Source: Candidatus Woesebacteria bacterium UBA5073 (GTDB lineage: Bacteria > Patescibacteriota > Microgenomatia > UBA8517). From it: a stretch of DNA of 64,000 nt. Below the pieces are notes generated by a model. The model was not told the DNA's origin, did no database searches, and saw only the letters and a list, made by a program, of their open reading frames with translations. Below, one piece after another: positions 39,848-49,603 of this stretch (positions are counted from its first letter, which is position 1; each line of letters begins with the position of its first letter). The stretch covers positions 12,920 to 76,919 of the forward strand of contig DIAR01000010.1 of the NCBI GenBank assembly GCA_002415845.1. Reading direction: 5' to 3'. A program made the position numbers and the translations under genes.

Positions 39848-41166
39848 AAAAAAGAAATAAAATCCCGACGGTTATTGGTTTCTTTGTCCTTGTCTTTGGA
39901 CTGGCAGCCGGAGTTTTTCTGGTTCAAACTAAACAACTTTTTAAGACCAGTGCCTCGCTTGATACTACCCCCTCTTCGGTTCAGATTTCCAACACGACCG
40001 ACAGTTCTTTTACAATTACCTGGCTTACTTCCAAGGAAACAACGGCTTTTGTTAAGTTGGGTGACAGTGCCAGTCTTGATCAAACTTTAACCGATGAAAT
40101 TGCCAACCCGTCTTTTACCCATTCGATAACCGCAAAGAATTTAACACCGGGGACTCCCTACTTTTTTAAAATCAATTCCGACGGAACTGATTTTGACAAC
40201 AACACTACTCCCTGGCAAGCCCAAACCGGACCTACCTTAACGGGAACGGCCGGCTTTAGCGTTAATGCTTCCGGAACGGTTTTGGACCAAACTTCAACTC
40301 CGGTTGAAAAGGCTTTGGTTTTCTTAAATATCGGTGGAGGGGTAACTCTTTCCGGAGTAACTTCCCAAAATGGCACCTGGGTTATTCCTATTAACGGCGT
40401 TAGATTATCCGATCTGTCGGGTTATCTTAATGTTGACCCGACCCAAACTTTAATTGAGATTTCGGTTAATGCCGGACCAAACGGAATTTCAACCGCCCAA
40501 ATATATCCTCAATCGGTGGCGGCCGTCTCAACTATGGTTTTGGGGCAAGTTCATGATTTCCGAAACCTGGCCCCGGCCAATGCCGGAGGCGTTCCTTCAT
40601 CCTCACTGGAAGCACCGCTTGAAACAACCGAGTCTTCAAGTTTTAATGTTGGTGATAAAGTTTCGACACCCTCGGCCAAAAAAGTAACTCTGGATAACAT
40701 TGATAACGGTGAAATCGTTAATACCCAAGACCCAGAATTCTTTGGTAAAGCACCGGCCGGAACAACCCTAACCATTACCGTTGAATCGGACGATCCGGTA
40801 ACCGAAACGGTTAAAGCTTCCGCAACTGGAACGTGGAATTGGGATCCGCCTAAAGATTTAACTCCGGGAGAACATAAAATTACCGTTAAATGGAAAGACA
40901 CCAGCGGTATTTGGCAAACCATAACCCGCACCTTTATTGTTTCAGCATCCGAAGGTCCGGCTTTTGTTTCCACCCCTTCAGCTACTTTAAAAGCAACTAA
41001 AACGGCAACACCAACAGCGACAAAAAAACCAACCGCTAAACCCTCTCCCACCGGGGCAGCCGACATCCCCGAATCTGGCAGCTTGACACCTACTCTCATC
41101 CTTTCTATTATGGGGGTAGGCGCAATTGCTATGGCTTTATTGTTTTGGAAGAAAGCCGAATATTAA
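39844..41166 (+). CDS. Exported Fn3/Ig-like multidomain surface protein with C-terminal IPESG-TM-KK sorting signal
   Basis: N-terminal signal; Fn3-like VQISN..SFTITW.T..H..L.P.T.Y; Ig-like W.W.P..L..G.H; T/P-rich linker; IPESGSLTPT plus TM plus KK. Confidence 0.75.
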   Translation: MKKRNKIPTVIGFFVLVFGLAAGVFLVQTKQLFKTSASLDTTPSSVQISNTTDSSFTITWLTSKETTAFVKLGDSASLDQTLTDEIANPSFTHSITAKNLTPGTPYFFKINSDGTDFDNNTTPWQAQTGPTLTGTAGFSVNASGTVLDQTSTPVEKALVFLNIGGGVTLSGVTSQNGTWVIPINGVRLSDLSGYLNVDPTQTLIEISVNAGPNGISTAQIYPQSVAAVSTMVLGQVHDFRNLAPANAGGVPSSSLEAPLETTESSSFNVGDKVSTPSAKKVTLDNIDNGEIVNTQDPEFFGKAPAGTTLTITVESDDPVTETVKASATGTWNWDPPKDLTPGEHKITVKWKDTSGIWQTITRTFIVSASEGPAFVSTPSATLKATKTATPTATKKPTAKPSPTGAADIPESGSLTPTLILSIMGVGAIAMALLFWKKAEY

Positions 41167-41173
41167 AAACTAA

Positions 41174-42778
41174 ATGCCCAACGACCAGCCCGATCAAACC
41201 AACCCAATAAACACACTGCCCGTTAATCCACAACCGGTCACCCCACCAATTCCAGAACCAGCTGTTGTTACACCGCCAATGGATATTCCCCCAATGCCGG
41301 AACAATCAATGGAAACACCGATGGCAGACGGTTCAGCCGCTCCGTCAGTTGATATGCCACCAATGGTGACAGGCGGAGGACCAACCAAAACCAAGAAAAA
41401 ATTCGGAGGGGGAAAGTTTATTCCTACTATCTTAGGACTATTAATTCTCACCGGAGCCGTTAGTGCCGGAGCATATCTTGTTAGACAAAATCAGGATGTA
41501 AGAGAAAAAGCAGCTGGTGCTTGCGATGCTAGTCATGTTGGCGACAGGGAAATTACTAGTTGTACAACCACCGATGGATGTTCGGGGCAAATGACAAGTA
41601 CTTGCATTATGAATGGTCCAAATCTTTATTATTGGGTTGACGGCACTTGTGTCAAAAATGATGCAAATTGTCCAGAACCTGAGGTAACTTGTGTAAATAA
41701 AAATCAGAGTTGTGCCACACAACCCTGTTGTGAAGGCCAAGGAACTTGCCAAACTACCCCTTATGGAAAAGTCTGTGCAGATCCAACCTGTACTGCCGGA
41801 CAAACCAAATGTCAGGCCGAGGGATCGTCGTTCTTTGAATATACATGTCAGAATGGAGGTTTTGTTAAAACAAAGACTTGTCCTGAAGGATGTAGCGGAA
41901 ACGTTTGTGCAAATACGGCAACTTGTGTAAATCTTAGCCAAACTTGTAGTGATTCAAAACCCTGTTGTGAAGGCCAAGGAACTTGCCAAACTACCCCTTA
42001 TGGAAAAGTCTGTGCACAACCAACCTGTACTGCCGGACAAACCAAATGTCAGGCCGAGGGATCGTCTTATTTCCAATATAATTGTGACAATGGAGGTTTT
42101 GTTAAAACAAAAAATTGTGGAACTGCAGGATGCAATGGAAACGTTTGTGCGACAAGTTCGAACACTTGTACAACTACTGGTGATTGTGTGTCTTTCTGCA
42201 ATCCGGACAACCCAGCATGTTGTGGTGGCGGAAGCGACTTGCAAAATTGTAGCGAACCTGGGTGTAAGTCGGCCAGTTGTCAGTTAAACCAGGGGAAAAA
42301 GGAATGTTATTGCACCGGCACAAATTTATGTACAAATTGGATCGAAAATTGGAGTGTTTGTACGACAGCCGGAAACACGAATTCTTGTACGCCAAACAGT
42401 AAAAAATGTTATCAAACCAGATTTTGTGCCACCCCGGGAATTAATGAATATCAAATTGCTGAATGTGATTGTGGAACTGTTGTAGTTTATCCACAGTGTA
42501 GTGCCGTTAAAGCTTATAAAACCGACTGGACTGCCCTTAATACGACTCAGCTTTCAGCTCTTGCTCCCGGAACAGTGGTTAGATTTACGGTTTTAGGAGC
42601 CAACGGTACTTTTACCCAAGCCAGATTTAAAATAACCGGAGACACTACCTGGAGAACACCGGTTACGACCAAGAAACTTAGTACCGATGAGTTTTATACG
42701 GAATACACTATACCGACAACAGGTGGAACAATTACGGTTGAAGCCCAGGTGGGAACATCAACCGATGCTTGGTATTAA
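41174..42778 (+). CDS. Exported cysteine-rich repeat protein (putative adhesin)
   Basis: Pro-rich N-terminus, TM, QNQDVREKA motif, tandem 12-Cys repeats, C-terminal beta-rich domain. Confidence 0.8.
   Translation: MPNDQPDQTNPINTLPVNPQPVTPPIPEPAVVTPPMDIPPMPEQSMETPMADGSAAPSVDMPPMVTGGGPTKTKKKFGGGKFIPTILGLLILTGAVSAGAYLVRQNQDVREKAAGACDASHVGDREITSCTTTDGCSGQMTSTCIMNGPNLYYWVDGTCVKNDANCPEPEVTCVNKNQSCATQPCCEGQGTCQTTPYGKVCADPTCTAGQTKCQAEGSSFFEYTCQNGGFVKTKTCPEGCSGNVCANTATCVNLSQTCSDSKPCCEGQGTCQTTPYGKVCAQPTCTAGQTKCQAEGSSYFQYNCDNGGFVKTKNCGTAGCNGNVCATSSNTCTTTGDCVSFCNPDNPACCGGGSDLQNCSEPGCKSASCQLNQGKKECYCTGTNLCTNWIENWSVCTTAGNTNSCTPNSKKCYQTRFCATPGINEYQIAECDCGTVVVYPQCSAVKAYKTDWTALNTTQLSALAPGTVVRFTVLGANGTFTQARFKITGDTTWRTPVTTKKLSTDEFYTEYTIPTTGGTITVEAQVGTSTDAWY
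41687..42150 (+). repeat. Two tandem intragenic copies of a ~234-bp unit (78 aa, 12 Cys)
   Basis: Units start acttgtgtaaat at 41687 and 41921; long identical blocks, e.g. ccctgttgtgaaggccaaggaacttgccaaactaccccttatggaaaagtctgtgca. Confidence 0.92.
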
Positions 42779-42784
42779 AAATAT

Positions 42785-43342
42785 ATGAATAATTCTAAAA
42801 AGAAAATCTCAAGTTTTGTAATTCTGTTTGCCACGGTTATTTTGGCAGGTGTTGCCATCTTTACGGCTGTAAGACTTTATCAATTAAGACAACAGGCCGT
42901 TGCCCCTAATGTTCCTACCAGTAAACCAAAGGCAGCTGATAATGCCAGCAGTTGTCTTTTAACTTTTACCATTTCCGTTTCCTCGACTTCCCCGTCGCCG
43001 ACGGCAACATCGTCCTCTCAACCGACACCAACGGCTACGGCAGTGGCGACAGTGACCCCCACTCCAACCTCAACCGGTGGAACACCAAACAATTGTGGTG
43101 GCACCTGCGGCTCAAATGCCAACTGCAACTCGGCCCTTATTTGTTATTCCGGTTTTTGCCGAAATCCATCTTGTACTTCAGACACCGATTGTGTCTGCGG
43201 AACAACAGCGCCGACACCCACTAAAACAGCTGCACCAACCGAAGAACCTTCCTTACCAGATGCCGGAGTATCAACACCAACCCTCTTTGGCTTTGGAGCA
43301 GGCATAATTCTTCTGATTGTCTCTCTTGCTCTTGCCCTTTAG
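42785..43342 (+). CDS. Exported T/P-rich and Cys-rich protein with LPDAG-TM sorting signal
   Basis: N-terminal TM, TPT linkers, CGGTC..NC...C..GFCRNPSC...C.C domain, LPDAGVSTPT plus TM. Confidence 0.8.
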   Translation: MNNSKKKISSFVILFATVILAGVAIFTAVRLYQLRQQAVAPNVPTSKPKAADNASSCLLTFTISVSSTSPSPTATSSSQPTPTATAVATVTPTPTSTGGTPNNCGGTCGSNANCNSALICYSGFCRNPSCTSDTDCVCGTTAPTPTKTAAPTEEPSLPDAGVSTPTLFGFGAGIILLIVSLALAL

Positions 43343-43367
43343 TCTCTTTTATCGGTATAGTTAAAAC

Positions 43368-44039
43368 ATGCCAACAGATAATCAGAATCCTGCCAATCCT
43401 CTGCCACCTGAAGCACCGATGATGGTAACGGGTGGAGGGAAAGCTAAACAAAAAGTAAATTTCAAAACCATTGCCCTGATTATCGGTATATTTGTCCTTT
43501 TGGGTGGAATCGGTACCGGCTATTACCTTCTTCAACAAAATCAAGACATCAGAAAAAGAGCCCAGGGTGGTGAGGAACAGTGCACCGTATCCCAATGTCC
43601 ATCTGACGACGATCCAAATCGTCTGGCTGAATGTTCTGATTTGGATAATACATATAATATTTCTGTTTGTAGCGAAGAAAGGGCGGGTCAAATTGTTACT
43701 TGTGACGGAGAACCTTTTTGTTGTCCTTATGCTGGTGGAGACTGGACAAACGACACAACTGAATGTGGAAGCTCCCGAACAGCAACACCCACGGCAACGG
43801 CAAAACCAACTGCTACAGCTACCGCTGCATCTGGTGCAACTTTAACTCCTACCCCGACATCAACCGGCTCAAGCGGTGTTAAAACCCCTACCCCAACACC
43901 AACACCAAGAAAAACCGGGTCGACCACCACAACCGCAACACCCGCACCCATCCCCGAATCCGGTGTTTCTACTCCAACCATTGTCGGACTTGGTTTAGGA
44001 GCCCTGCTTCTTCTTGTTTCGCTTGCCCTAGCTATCTAA
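43368..44039 (+). CDS. Exported Cys-rich, T/P-rich protein with IPESG-TM sorting signal
   Basis: MVTGGG-K-rich-TM-QNQDIRKRA, 8-Cys domain, TPT linker, IPESGVSTPT plus TM; leaderless TATAGT-N6-ATG. Confidence 0.8.
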   Translation: MPTDNQNPANPLPPEAPMMVTGGGKAKQKVNFKTIALIIGIFVLLGGIGTGYYLLQQNQDIRKRAQGGEEQCTVSQCPSDDDPNRLAECSDLDNTYNISVCSEERAGQIVTCDGEPFCCPYAGGDWTNDTTECGSSRTATPTATAKPTATATAASGATLTPTPTSTGSSGVKTPTPTPTPRKTGSTTTTATPAPIPESGVSTPTIVGLGLGALLLLVSLALAI

Positions 44040-44043
44040 AGAG

Positions 44044-46497
44044 TTATCTCCAGGAGATTAACCAATAATATGATTTATCCAACCAAAGAGGAATTTGAAG
44101 TCCTGCCCAATGGGGATAAAAATAGAAAAACAACAGAAGGGTAATTCCCAGAACCGGAAGGATCAGTTTTTCATTTTTTCTTAAAACAAAACCGGACGCC
44201 AGACACATAAAAGGAACCGCGGGCAAATAGTGATAGAAAAACATAATCCTGGGCGACATCATCCAGGGAACAAAAAAGATCAGATAAGAAAAGATAACCA
44301 AAGCCAGCTTTTTATTCTTTTCGATAAAAGCATAATAAAAAGACATGATAACGGAAGTTAAACCAAACCAAAAGACGGCCGGATTCCCGAGATTATAGAT
44401 TCTGGCTACATATCCATTAACTTCATCGCTGGTATACAAATAGACCGGCCGAATCAAGAAAGGCCAACTTAAAGCCTGTGAGGTATACGGATGTGTCGCT
44501 TTCAAACCGGTATGGTACCACCACATCTGTTTTTGGACTCCCCAAAAAATATCCAAGCCGTGGCCCGTTAAAAACATGGGCGTATAAGAAGCCAAATAAA
44601 TAAGAAGCGGCACAACAGCAAAAGAAAAAAGGGACAGATCAAATTTTTTCTTTCTGGATAACCAAATCAGAAAAAGAATCGGCAGACAATACAAAGATGA
44701 CCACTTGGAAGCAAGGGCTAAACCAAAGGCAACGGCTGAAAGAAAATTCTTTTTTTGTAAGAAGAGATAAACCGTCAAAAGAATGAAAAACAAAACATAA
44801 CTGTCATTCATCCCTATCCGGCTCATCGTTAAAAACAAACCGTCCATAGAAAAAAAGAATGAGGCAATAAGCGCCAGTATTTCATCTTTGAATAATTTCT
44901 TGGCCAAGAAGTAAACCAGGATTGTGCTTCCGACGCCCAAAAGAGCTCCCGGAATTCGCCAGCCAAAAGCGTTCTCACCAAAGACAAGCATCCCCAACCA
45001 CATCCCCAATTTAGCCAACGGCGGATGCGTCCATTCATAGGCAAAACCTTCCGGTGGTGTGTTCCACCATTCCCAAGCAGCTACATTACCATTAAGCATT
45101 TGTCTGGCGGTAAAAGCATGATAAACCTCATCAAAATACTCGCTCTCTGGTTTATTCAAAAACAAAACTCGGGAAAAAAAAGCAAAGACAACAATTAAAA
45201 CAAAAAAGATTTTGATTAGTTTGGGATTTAATTTAATTTTGGGGAATCCTGCTTTTTCTTTGGGTAGCTTAAAACTTTTATTTTTAATGGAAAGATAAAA
45301 GTTTTTAATTTTCAACAGATAATTGGCCTTTTGTCCCAAAATTACTTCTTTTAAAAGAAGAGAGAAAGCAGCCAAATTAGCGATAATAAAAAGCTTGATA
45401 ATCGGTTCTGAGAAAATCTCCTTAAAATCATTAGTAATCCAAACATAGGAATAGGCCAGATTGGCAACATAAGTTAGTGATAAAACCAGATAAACCAGAA
45501 TCAGGTTGGGTAGGGAAATTGCAGCCACTAAAAGCGGTGCCAAAATTGGCAAAAGGTGTCTTTCGTGCATACGGGTCAAAAACAAAAAGGCCGACAAAAG
45601 AACTAAGGCAACCGGCAAATATTTATCTTCCCTATTCTTGGACTTTAAAAGATAAACGCCAAAAGTTAATGAAACCAAAAAGAGGCCAACGTACGATAAC
45701 GGTATTTGGGTCAGGTCTGATTTCCAGAAACCAAAAAGGCCCCAGAAATTAAAGGCATTAACCGAACCGTACGGATACTGGTTCAAAGTTACGGAAAGTC
45801 TTTCCGCTATAAAAGATAAAAGCGGTTGTCCATCCAGGAATGGAACAAAGCCTAAAGAAAAAATTGCTAAACCAACAACCCCATATAAGACAAGGTTGAC
45901 TATTTTTGTTTTGTTTTTAATTAAAAAATAAATTATGACCGGTAAAATAAATCCTGCCTGTGGTTTAATCAGCGTTCCCAACGATAAGGTAATGGCCGAG
46001 AAAAGCCAGTTCTTTTCCAAAAGATAAACGGCCAAAAGAATAAACAGAGCCGAAAGAGAATCAACCTGACCCCAAAGAGTTGAGTTGGTAATAATCGCCG
46101 GATTAAAAAAATAAAGACTGGCTAAAATTAGACTCCATTTCTCCTCCAGTTTTTTTCTGGCAATTTTAAAAATCAAAAAGCCGGTCAATAAATCCGCCAT
46201 AATCGCCGGCAATTTATAAAGTAGCACTTGGGGAAGAATTGATAGTTGGTTTATCTTTCCTAAAAGAAACAACAAATAGGGATACCCCGGAAGGTAATCC
46301 GACCAGCCCAAATAATATTTAGAAAAACCTTCATCAACCAAAATATTGCTCCAGGCCAAAAAGGTATTGAAGTCAAGTTGTAGCGTTCCGAAAAAGGAAA
46401 GAACAATCCTTAAGGTAAGAGCCGTCAGGATTAAAAACAGAATCTTGCTTTCAAGCAGTTTATTTAACTTCGTAAATTTTAACGCTATTGTTTTCAT
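44044..46497 (-). CDS. Double GT-C fusion: N-terminal GT-C domain plus C-terminal protein O-mannosyltransferase (PMT/GT39)-like domain
   Basis: N-half DYLPGY, WGQVDS, RMHERH; C-half YFDEVYH, HPPLAK, GWRIP, HTGLKATHPY.S..WP, FFYHYLP. Confidence 0.8.
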   Translation of the reverse strand: MKTIALKFTKLNKLLESKILFLILTALTLRIVLSFFGTLQLDFNTFLAWSNILVDEGFSKYYLGWSDYLPGYPYLLFLLGKINQLSILPQVLLYKLPAIMADLLTGFLIFKIARKKLEEKWSLILASLYFFNPAIITNSTLWGQVDSLSALFILLAVYLLEKNWLFSAITLSLGTLIKPQAGFILPVIIYFLIKNKTKIVNLVLYGVVGLAIFSLGFVPFLDGQPLLSFIAERLSVTLNQYPYGSVNAFNFWGLFGFWKSDLTQIPLSYVGLFLVSLTFGVYLLKSKNREDKYLPVALVLLSAFLFLTRMHERHLLPILAPLLVAAISLPNLILVYLVLSLTYVANLAYSYVWITNDFKEIFSEPIIKLFIIANLAAFSLLLKEVILGQKANYLLKIKNFYLSIKNKSFKLPKEKAGFPKIKLNPKLIKIFFVLIVVFAFFSRVLFLNKPESEYFDEVYHAFTARQMLNGNVAAWEWWNTPPEGFAYEWTHPPLAKLGMWLGMLVFGENAFGWRIPGALLGVGSTILVYFLAKKLFKDEILALIASFFFSMDGLFLTMSRIGMNDSYVLFFILLTVYLFLQKKNFLSAVAFGLALASKWSSLYCLPILFLIWLSRKKKFDLSLFSFAVVPLLIYLASYTPMFLTGHGLDIFWGVQKQMWWYHTGLKATHPYTSQALSWPFLIRPVYLYTSDEVNGYVARIYNLGNPAVFWFGLTSVIMSFYYAFIEKNKKLALVIFSYLIFFVPWMMSPRIMFFYHYLPAVPFMCLASGFVLRKNEKLILPVLGITLLLFFYFYPHWAGLQIPLWLDKSYYWLISWR

Positions 46498-48424
46498 AGA
46501 CTTTTTTTATATTTTGGTTGTTGTCAAAAAGAGTTTCGCTGTTCGGATTTTTATCCCTTTCCTCACCACCCAAGTAAATATACCTTGCATTATACTTGGC
46601 AAGAACGGTTTTTGTGTAATTAAAATCATCGGCTTTTTGATACAGGGACTCAATATCTTCAAGCCTGGCAAAAACATTATCCTCACCCGTATTATAACCG
46701 TGTGAATACGGCCAGTTAATATAGGAAAGAACCCTCAGCCTTCCCCCGATTTCCGAAACGGCCGAATGAACGGTCGGGTAAGTTATAAAAACCGATTTCT
46801 GGGGCGTAGCCCTTCTTATAAAAAGACCGGCCGCAAGTTCATCAAGAGAATAGCCCATGTTTTTATTTAAGGTGCTGTTAGTCAGGGTTAAAAAGGAGGA
46901 AAAGGTGGTCACCAAAATAAGAAGGCCGAACAAAATTTCCAAAACCAATTTCTTTCTAAAAATAAGATCCAAAAACCAAAAAGAAACAATCGACATAAAA
47001 ACAACCATGAAATAAAAAAACTTAAACATGTCGCCTTTGTAAATCGTAAAGCGAACGAAATACGGTATAGCGAAAAAAACTAAAGACAACGAAACAAGAA
47101 GGAAGAATTCTTTTTTAATTGGTTTCTTTTGAAAAAATCGGACAATTACCCAAAATAAAGACAAAAGGGTCAGGAAAAAAGGCAAACCGAAATTAGAAGC
47201 AATAAACCTTAAGTGCCAAAAAATGTTTTTCTCTCTTTCCCAAGGACCAAAGGAAAAATTTTCTTTAACCAGACTAAAAAAGGATTGCTGATTAACGCTT
47301 CTGTTCGAAAATAAAAGATAGCAGGAAGCAAAAACAGCCAAAAAGATTAAGGCACTCTTAACAAAAAACTTAAATTTCTTTTTTTGAAAGAAAAAAAGGG
47401 TGGTAATCGTAAAGACAATCAAAGAAACAACAACCGCAAAAAATTGAAACTTAATTAAAAAACCGGCGATCAAACCAGCTAGAAAAATAATTCTAAGATC
47501 CTTCTTCTTATAAGCGAAAATTGATAAAAGTAAAATGATAATTACGGCCGGAAGGCCAATCATCATCGGTCGATTTTGCAAAAAGTAATCAGCCATGTTG
47601 GCCATCTGAAAAAGCTGATCATATTCCATCGAATATTCATGACTGGAAAGAAGCCCAACTATATTTTTTATTAGAGACAATTTGCCAAAGTTCTGCCAAA
47701 AATCGTAAATGAATTTAACAAAAAGATAACTACTGAAAAGAGTTCCAGAAAAGGCCGAGGCCAAAGCAATTATTTTCTTTTTGGTTAACTCATACACCAA
47801 GCCGTAAATTGAAAGAGTAAAAATCAGGGCAAAAAAGGGATTGTCATAAACTAAAATTCTTGGGAAAAAACGGCCATAAAGAGTGGAAATAATGGCCGAA
47901 TGAAAATCGGCAAAGTAGTAATAAGACAGGGAAACACCGCTGTAATAGGGCGCTTGGGGTGGAAAATTGCCCTGGGTAAGACTTTGAATAATTCCCTGAT
48001 GCATGGCCGTGTCCTGCCAATTAACCGAGGCCATAACAATGTAACCTTCATACTCAGTGAAGATGGCGGGATATAAAGCCAGAAAGAACAAGAGAAAGAT
48101 AAAAACGCCCATAAACAAAGCCTCTTTATGATTTTGAAAATATTTTTTAAAAACCCGTCCGATACTTTTGTAAGAACAAACCAGCCAGGGAATAAAAAAG
48201 GCGAAAGAAAGAAGAATTGAATAACGGGAAAAACCAACCAATAAACTAACCAAGTACACCAAATAAGAGGACAGAATCACGCTTAAAAGAAAGATCGATG
48301 GTAGTTTAATCCTTACCGGAAGCTTAGGAAAAAACGTTTCGATTACATAGAAACCCGGAATGAAAAAGGTAAAGATAAAACCCAAGATTAAAAGACTGTG
48401 GTCTATGATATTGCCGGCCATCAT
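46460..48424 (-). CDS. Polytopic membrane protein, GT-C-like ('YYY' type)
   Basis: Many TMs; D...H...I..NFPP..PYYSG..LSYYYF; C-terminal Y..RYIYLG..E. Confidence 0.6.
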   Translation of the reverse strand: MMAGNIIDHSLLILGFIFTFFIPGFYVIETFFPKLPVRIKLPSIFLLSVILSSYLVYLVSLLVGFSRYSILLSFAFFIPWLVCSYKSIGRVFKKYFQNHKEALFMGVFIFLLFFLALYPAIFTEYEGYIVMASVNWQDTAMHQGIIQSLTQGNFPPQAPYYSGVSLSYYYFADFHSAIISTLYGRFFPRILVYDNPFFALIFTLSIYGLVYELTKKKIIALASAFSGTLFSSYLFVKFIYDFWQNFGKLSLIKNIVGLLSSHEYSMEYDQLFQMANMADYFLQNRPMMIGLPAVIIILLLSIFAYKKKDLRIIFLAGLIAGFLIKFQFFAVVVSLIVFTITTLFFFQKKKFKFFVKSALIFLAVFASCYLLFSNRSVNQQSFFSLVKENFSFGPWEREKNIFWHLRFIASNFGLPFFLTLLSLFWVIVRFFQKKPIKKEFFLLVSLSLVFFAIPYFVRFTIYKGDMFKFFYFMVVFMSIVSFWFLDLIFRKKLVLEILFGLLILVTTFSSFLTLTNSTLNKNMGYSLDELAAGLFIRRATPQKSVFITYPTVHSAVSEIGGRLRVLSYINWPYSHGYNTGEDNVFARLEDIESLYQKADDFNYTKTVLAKYNARYIYLGGEERDKNPNSETLFDNNQNIKKVYENNSVKIYEVK

Positions 48425-48442
48425 ATTATTATATAAAGAATC

Positions 48443-49603
48443 ATGTTAAAAAAATGGGGTTTTTGGTTTCTTTTGTTTTTGGGACTCCTTTTAATTATTT
48501 ATTGGGCTACTTCGCCCGGTAATACACCGTATAACTATTTTGTTAAGTTGAGTGAAGCTTTCCTGAAAGGCCAATACTGGTTAACCGATAACCCGCCCTG
48601 GCTTAACGAATTAATTAGCGGTCCAAACGGTAAATACTTTATTCCATATCCGCCCATGCCGGCGATACTTGCCCTTCCTTTTGTTTTTATTTTCGGTGGG
48701 GAATTCCCCCAGCAAATTCTTGGCCACCTGCTGGGTGTCGGCATTGTTCTTTTCACCGTTAAATCCGCCCTTCTTGTTAAGAAAAATTATAAAATTGCCG
48801 TTTATATTGGTCTTTTAACCGGTCTTGGAACAATTGTTTGGTATTTGGCCTCCAACGGTTCCGTCTGGTATCTGGGACAAATTTCGGCGGCTTTTTTCCT
48901 CACTGTGGCCATCAACGAAACCCTGGATAAAAAAAGGCCTTTTGTTGTAGGCCTTCTTATCGGAGCAGCCTACCTTTCCCGGGTTAATACTTTTGTCTGT
49001 CTACCTTTTTTCTTTTTCCTAATGATTAAAGACAAACGTTTTTTCAAGAAAAGTATTCTGCTTGCCCTGGGATTATTGCCTTTTTTGGGTTTTAATTTTC
49101 TCTATAATTTTCTGCGTTTCGATGTTATTTGGGATAAAGGTTATAGCCTAATCCCCGGTGTTTTATCAGAACCATGGTATCAAAAAGGTCTTGTTTCCCT
49201 TTCTTATATTCCCAGGCACTTAAAAATTCTTTTTCTTTCCTTACCAAAATTCATAAATAAATTTCCTTTTGTTTATCCTTCCTGGGGAGGCCTAGCAATT
49301 TGGATAACGACACCGGCTTTTATTTATGCTTTATGGGCTCCCTGGAAAGAAAAACTGACAAAACTTTCTTGGTTGGCTATCGCCTTAATCTCAATTATCA
49401 TTTTCTCCCACGGAACAACCGGCTTTACTCAATTCGGATATCGCTTTGCGGTTGATTTTTATCCTTTCCTTCTTCTCTTAACCATTAAAGGAATTGCTAA
49501 AACGGGCTTAAAATGGCATCACTGGGTTTTACTCACCTTAAGTATATTGGTTAATTTCTGGGGTGTTCTTTTTATTAATAAATTAGGGTTTGTCAGTTTC
49601 TAG
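48443..49603 (+). CDS. Polytopic membrane protein, probable GT-C glycosyltransferase
   Basis: Multi-TM; YPPMPA loop; QFGYRFAVD. Confidence 0.55.
   Translation: MLKKWGFWFLLFLGLLLIIYWATSPGNTPYNYFVKLSEAFLKGQYWLTDNPPWLNELISGPNGKYFIPYPPMPAILALPFVFIFGGEFPQQILGHLLGVGIVLFTVKSALLVKKNYKIAVYIGLLTGLGTIVWYLASNGSVWYLGQISAAFFLTVAINETLDKKRPFVVGLLIGAAYLSRVNTFVCLPFFFFLMIKDKRFFKKSILLALGLLPFLGFNFLYNFLRFDVIWDKGYSLIPGVLSEPWYQKGLVSLSYIPRHLKILFLSLPKFINKFPFVYPSWGGLAIWITTPAFIYALWAPWKEKLTKLSWLAIALISIIIFSHGTTGFTQFGYRFAVDFYPFLLLLTIKGIAKTGLKWHHWVLLTLSILVNFWGVLFINKLGFVSF

Noticed and set aside
41687-42150. Repeat pair as a diversity-generating retroelement TR/VR
   Set aside because: Differences are not adenine-specific and include indels, both copies are in-frame parts of one gene, and there is no reverse transcriptase in the window.
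41687-42150. CRISPR array
   Set aside because: Only two long coding copies, no short repeat-spacer periodicity, and no cas genes.
39844-44039. Type IV pilins downstream of pilNO
   Set aside because: None has a class III signal (G|F-x-x-x-E); the N-termini carry a different motif.
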